Positions 63,900 to 64,000 of a stretch of DNA of 64,000 nucleotides are shown here, one piece after another. The translations under genes and the position numbers were made by a program. The stretch comes from an uncultured bacterium (GTDB taxonomy: Bacteria > JAGRBM01 > JAHCIT01), in NCBI GenBank assembly GCA_964621525.1, contig CAZUMS010000003.1, positions 37,129 to 101,128 on the forward strand, in the 5' to 3' direction. Below the pieces are notes generated by a model. It ran no database searches. It was not told where the DNA came from and saw only the letters and a list, made by a program, of their open reading frames with translations. Positions within the stretch are counted from its first letter, which is position 1. Each line of letters opens with the position of its first letter.

Positions 63900-64000
63900 T
63901 GCGCCCCGGCGAAATGACCTCGAAGCTGGACCGGTGGCTTCTCTACACGCTGCTGTTCATCTGCACCTTCGCCGTCCTGAATCTGGCGAGTGCCGGACAG
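63896..64000 (+). CDS. rodA: peptidoglycan glycosyltransferase RodA (SEDS family), N-terminal fragment
   Basis: MMRPGEMTSKLDRWLLYTLLFICTFAVLNLASAGQ; ATGA overlap with the mrdA stop; truncated by the window end. Confidence 0.7.
   Translation, partial: MMRPGEMTSKLDRWLLYTLLFICTFAVLNLASAGQ

Overview
High-GC (~65-68%) bacterial chromosomal segment with about 55 predicted genes. No rRNA, tRNA, CRISPR array or obvious transposon was detected. Identified content: (i) a nitrogen-assimilation locus with two divergent paralogous ammonium transporters (amt, minus strand) facing a glnB(PII)-glnA operon (plus strand); (ii) menaquinone-type prenylation genes (polyprenyl-PP synthase plus MenA/UbiA-family prenyltransferase) with a GbsR/MarR-like regulator; (iii) a CheA-less chemosensory-like module (GT2 glycosyltransferase, two divergent CheW-like proteins, RomR-like response regulator with internal WDLGE repeats) and a separate long MCP; (iv) housekeeping operons gatCAB, pcrA/uvrD, gluQ, ligA, xseB-ispA, yajQ, rsmG, feoAB, ppiD-like, mreC-mreD-mrdA-rodA; (v) an envelope/glycan cluster with a polytopic GT-C-like membrane protein and a DedA::phosphomannomutase fusion ORF. 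The most unusual signal is at the amt locus. Each amt gene has a sigma54 -24/-12 promoter, a conserved ~60-nt block at the start of its ~200-nt leader, and a ~265-nt conserved noncoding element directly after its stop codon that is duplicated between the two paralogs. This is inferred to be a previously undescribed cis-regulatory/RNA system for nitrogen control. Other anomalies: a 200-bp AT-rich island in the amt2/glnB intergenic region, a low-GC island carrying an acidic lipoprotein, an unannotated 35-aa membrane ORF with a strong SD, and a palindromic operator at feoAB. CDS coordinates follow the ORF track, with starts refined by residue offset. Hand-counted non-CDS coordinates may be off by 1-2 nt. 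Taxon guess (Myxococcota/Acidobacteriota-like) is inference only.
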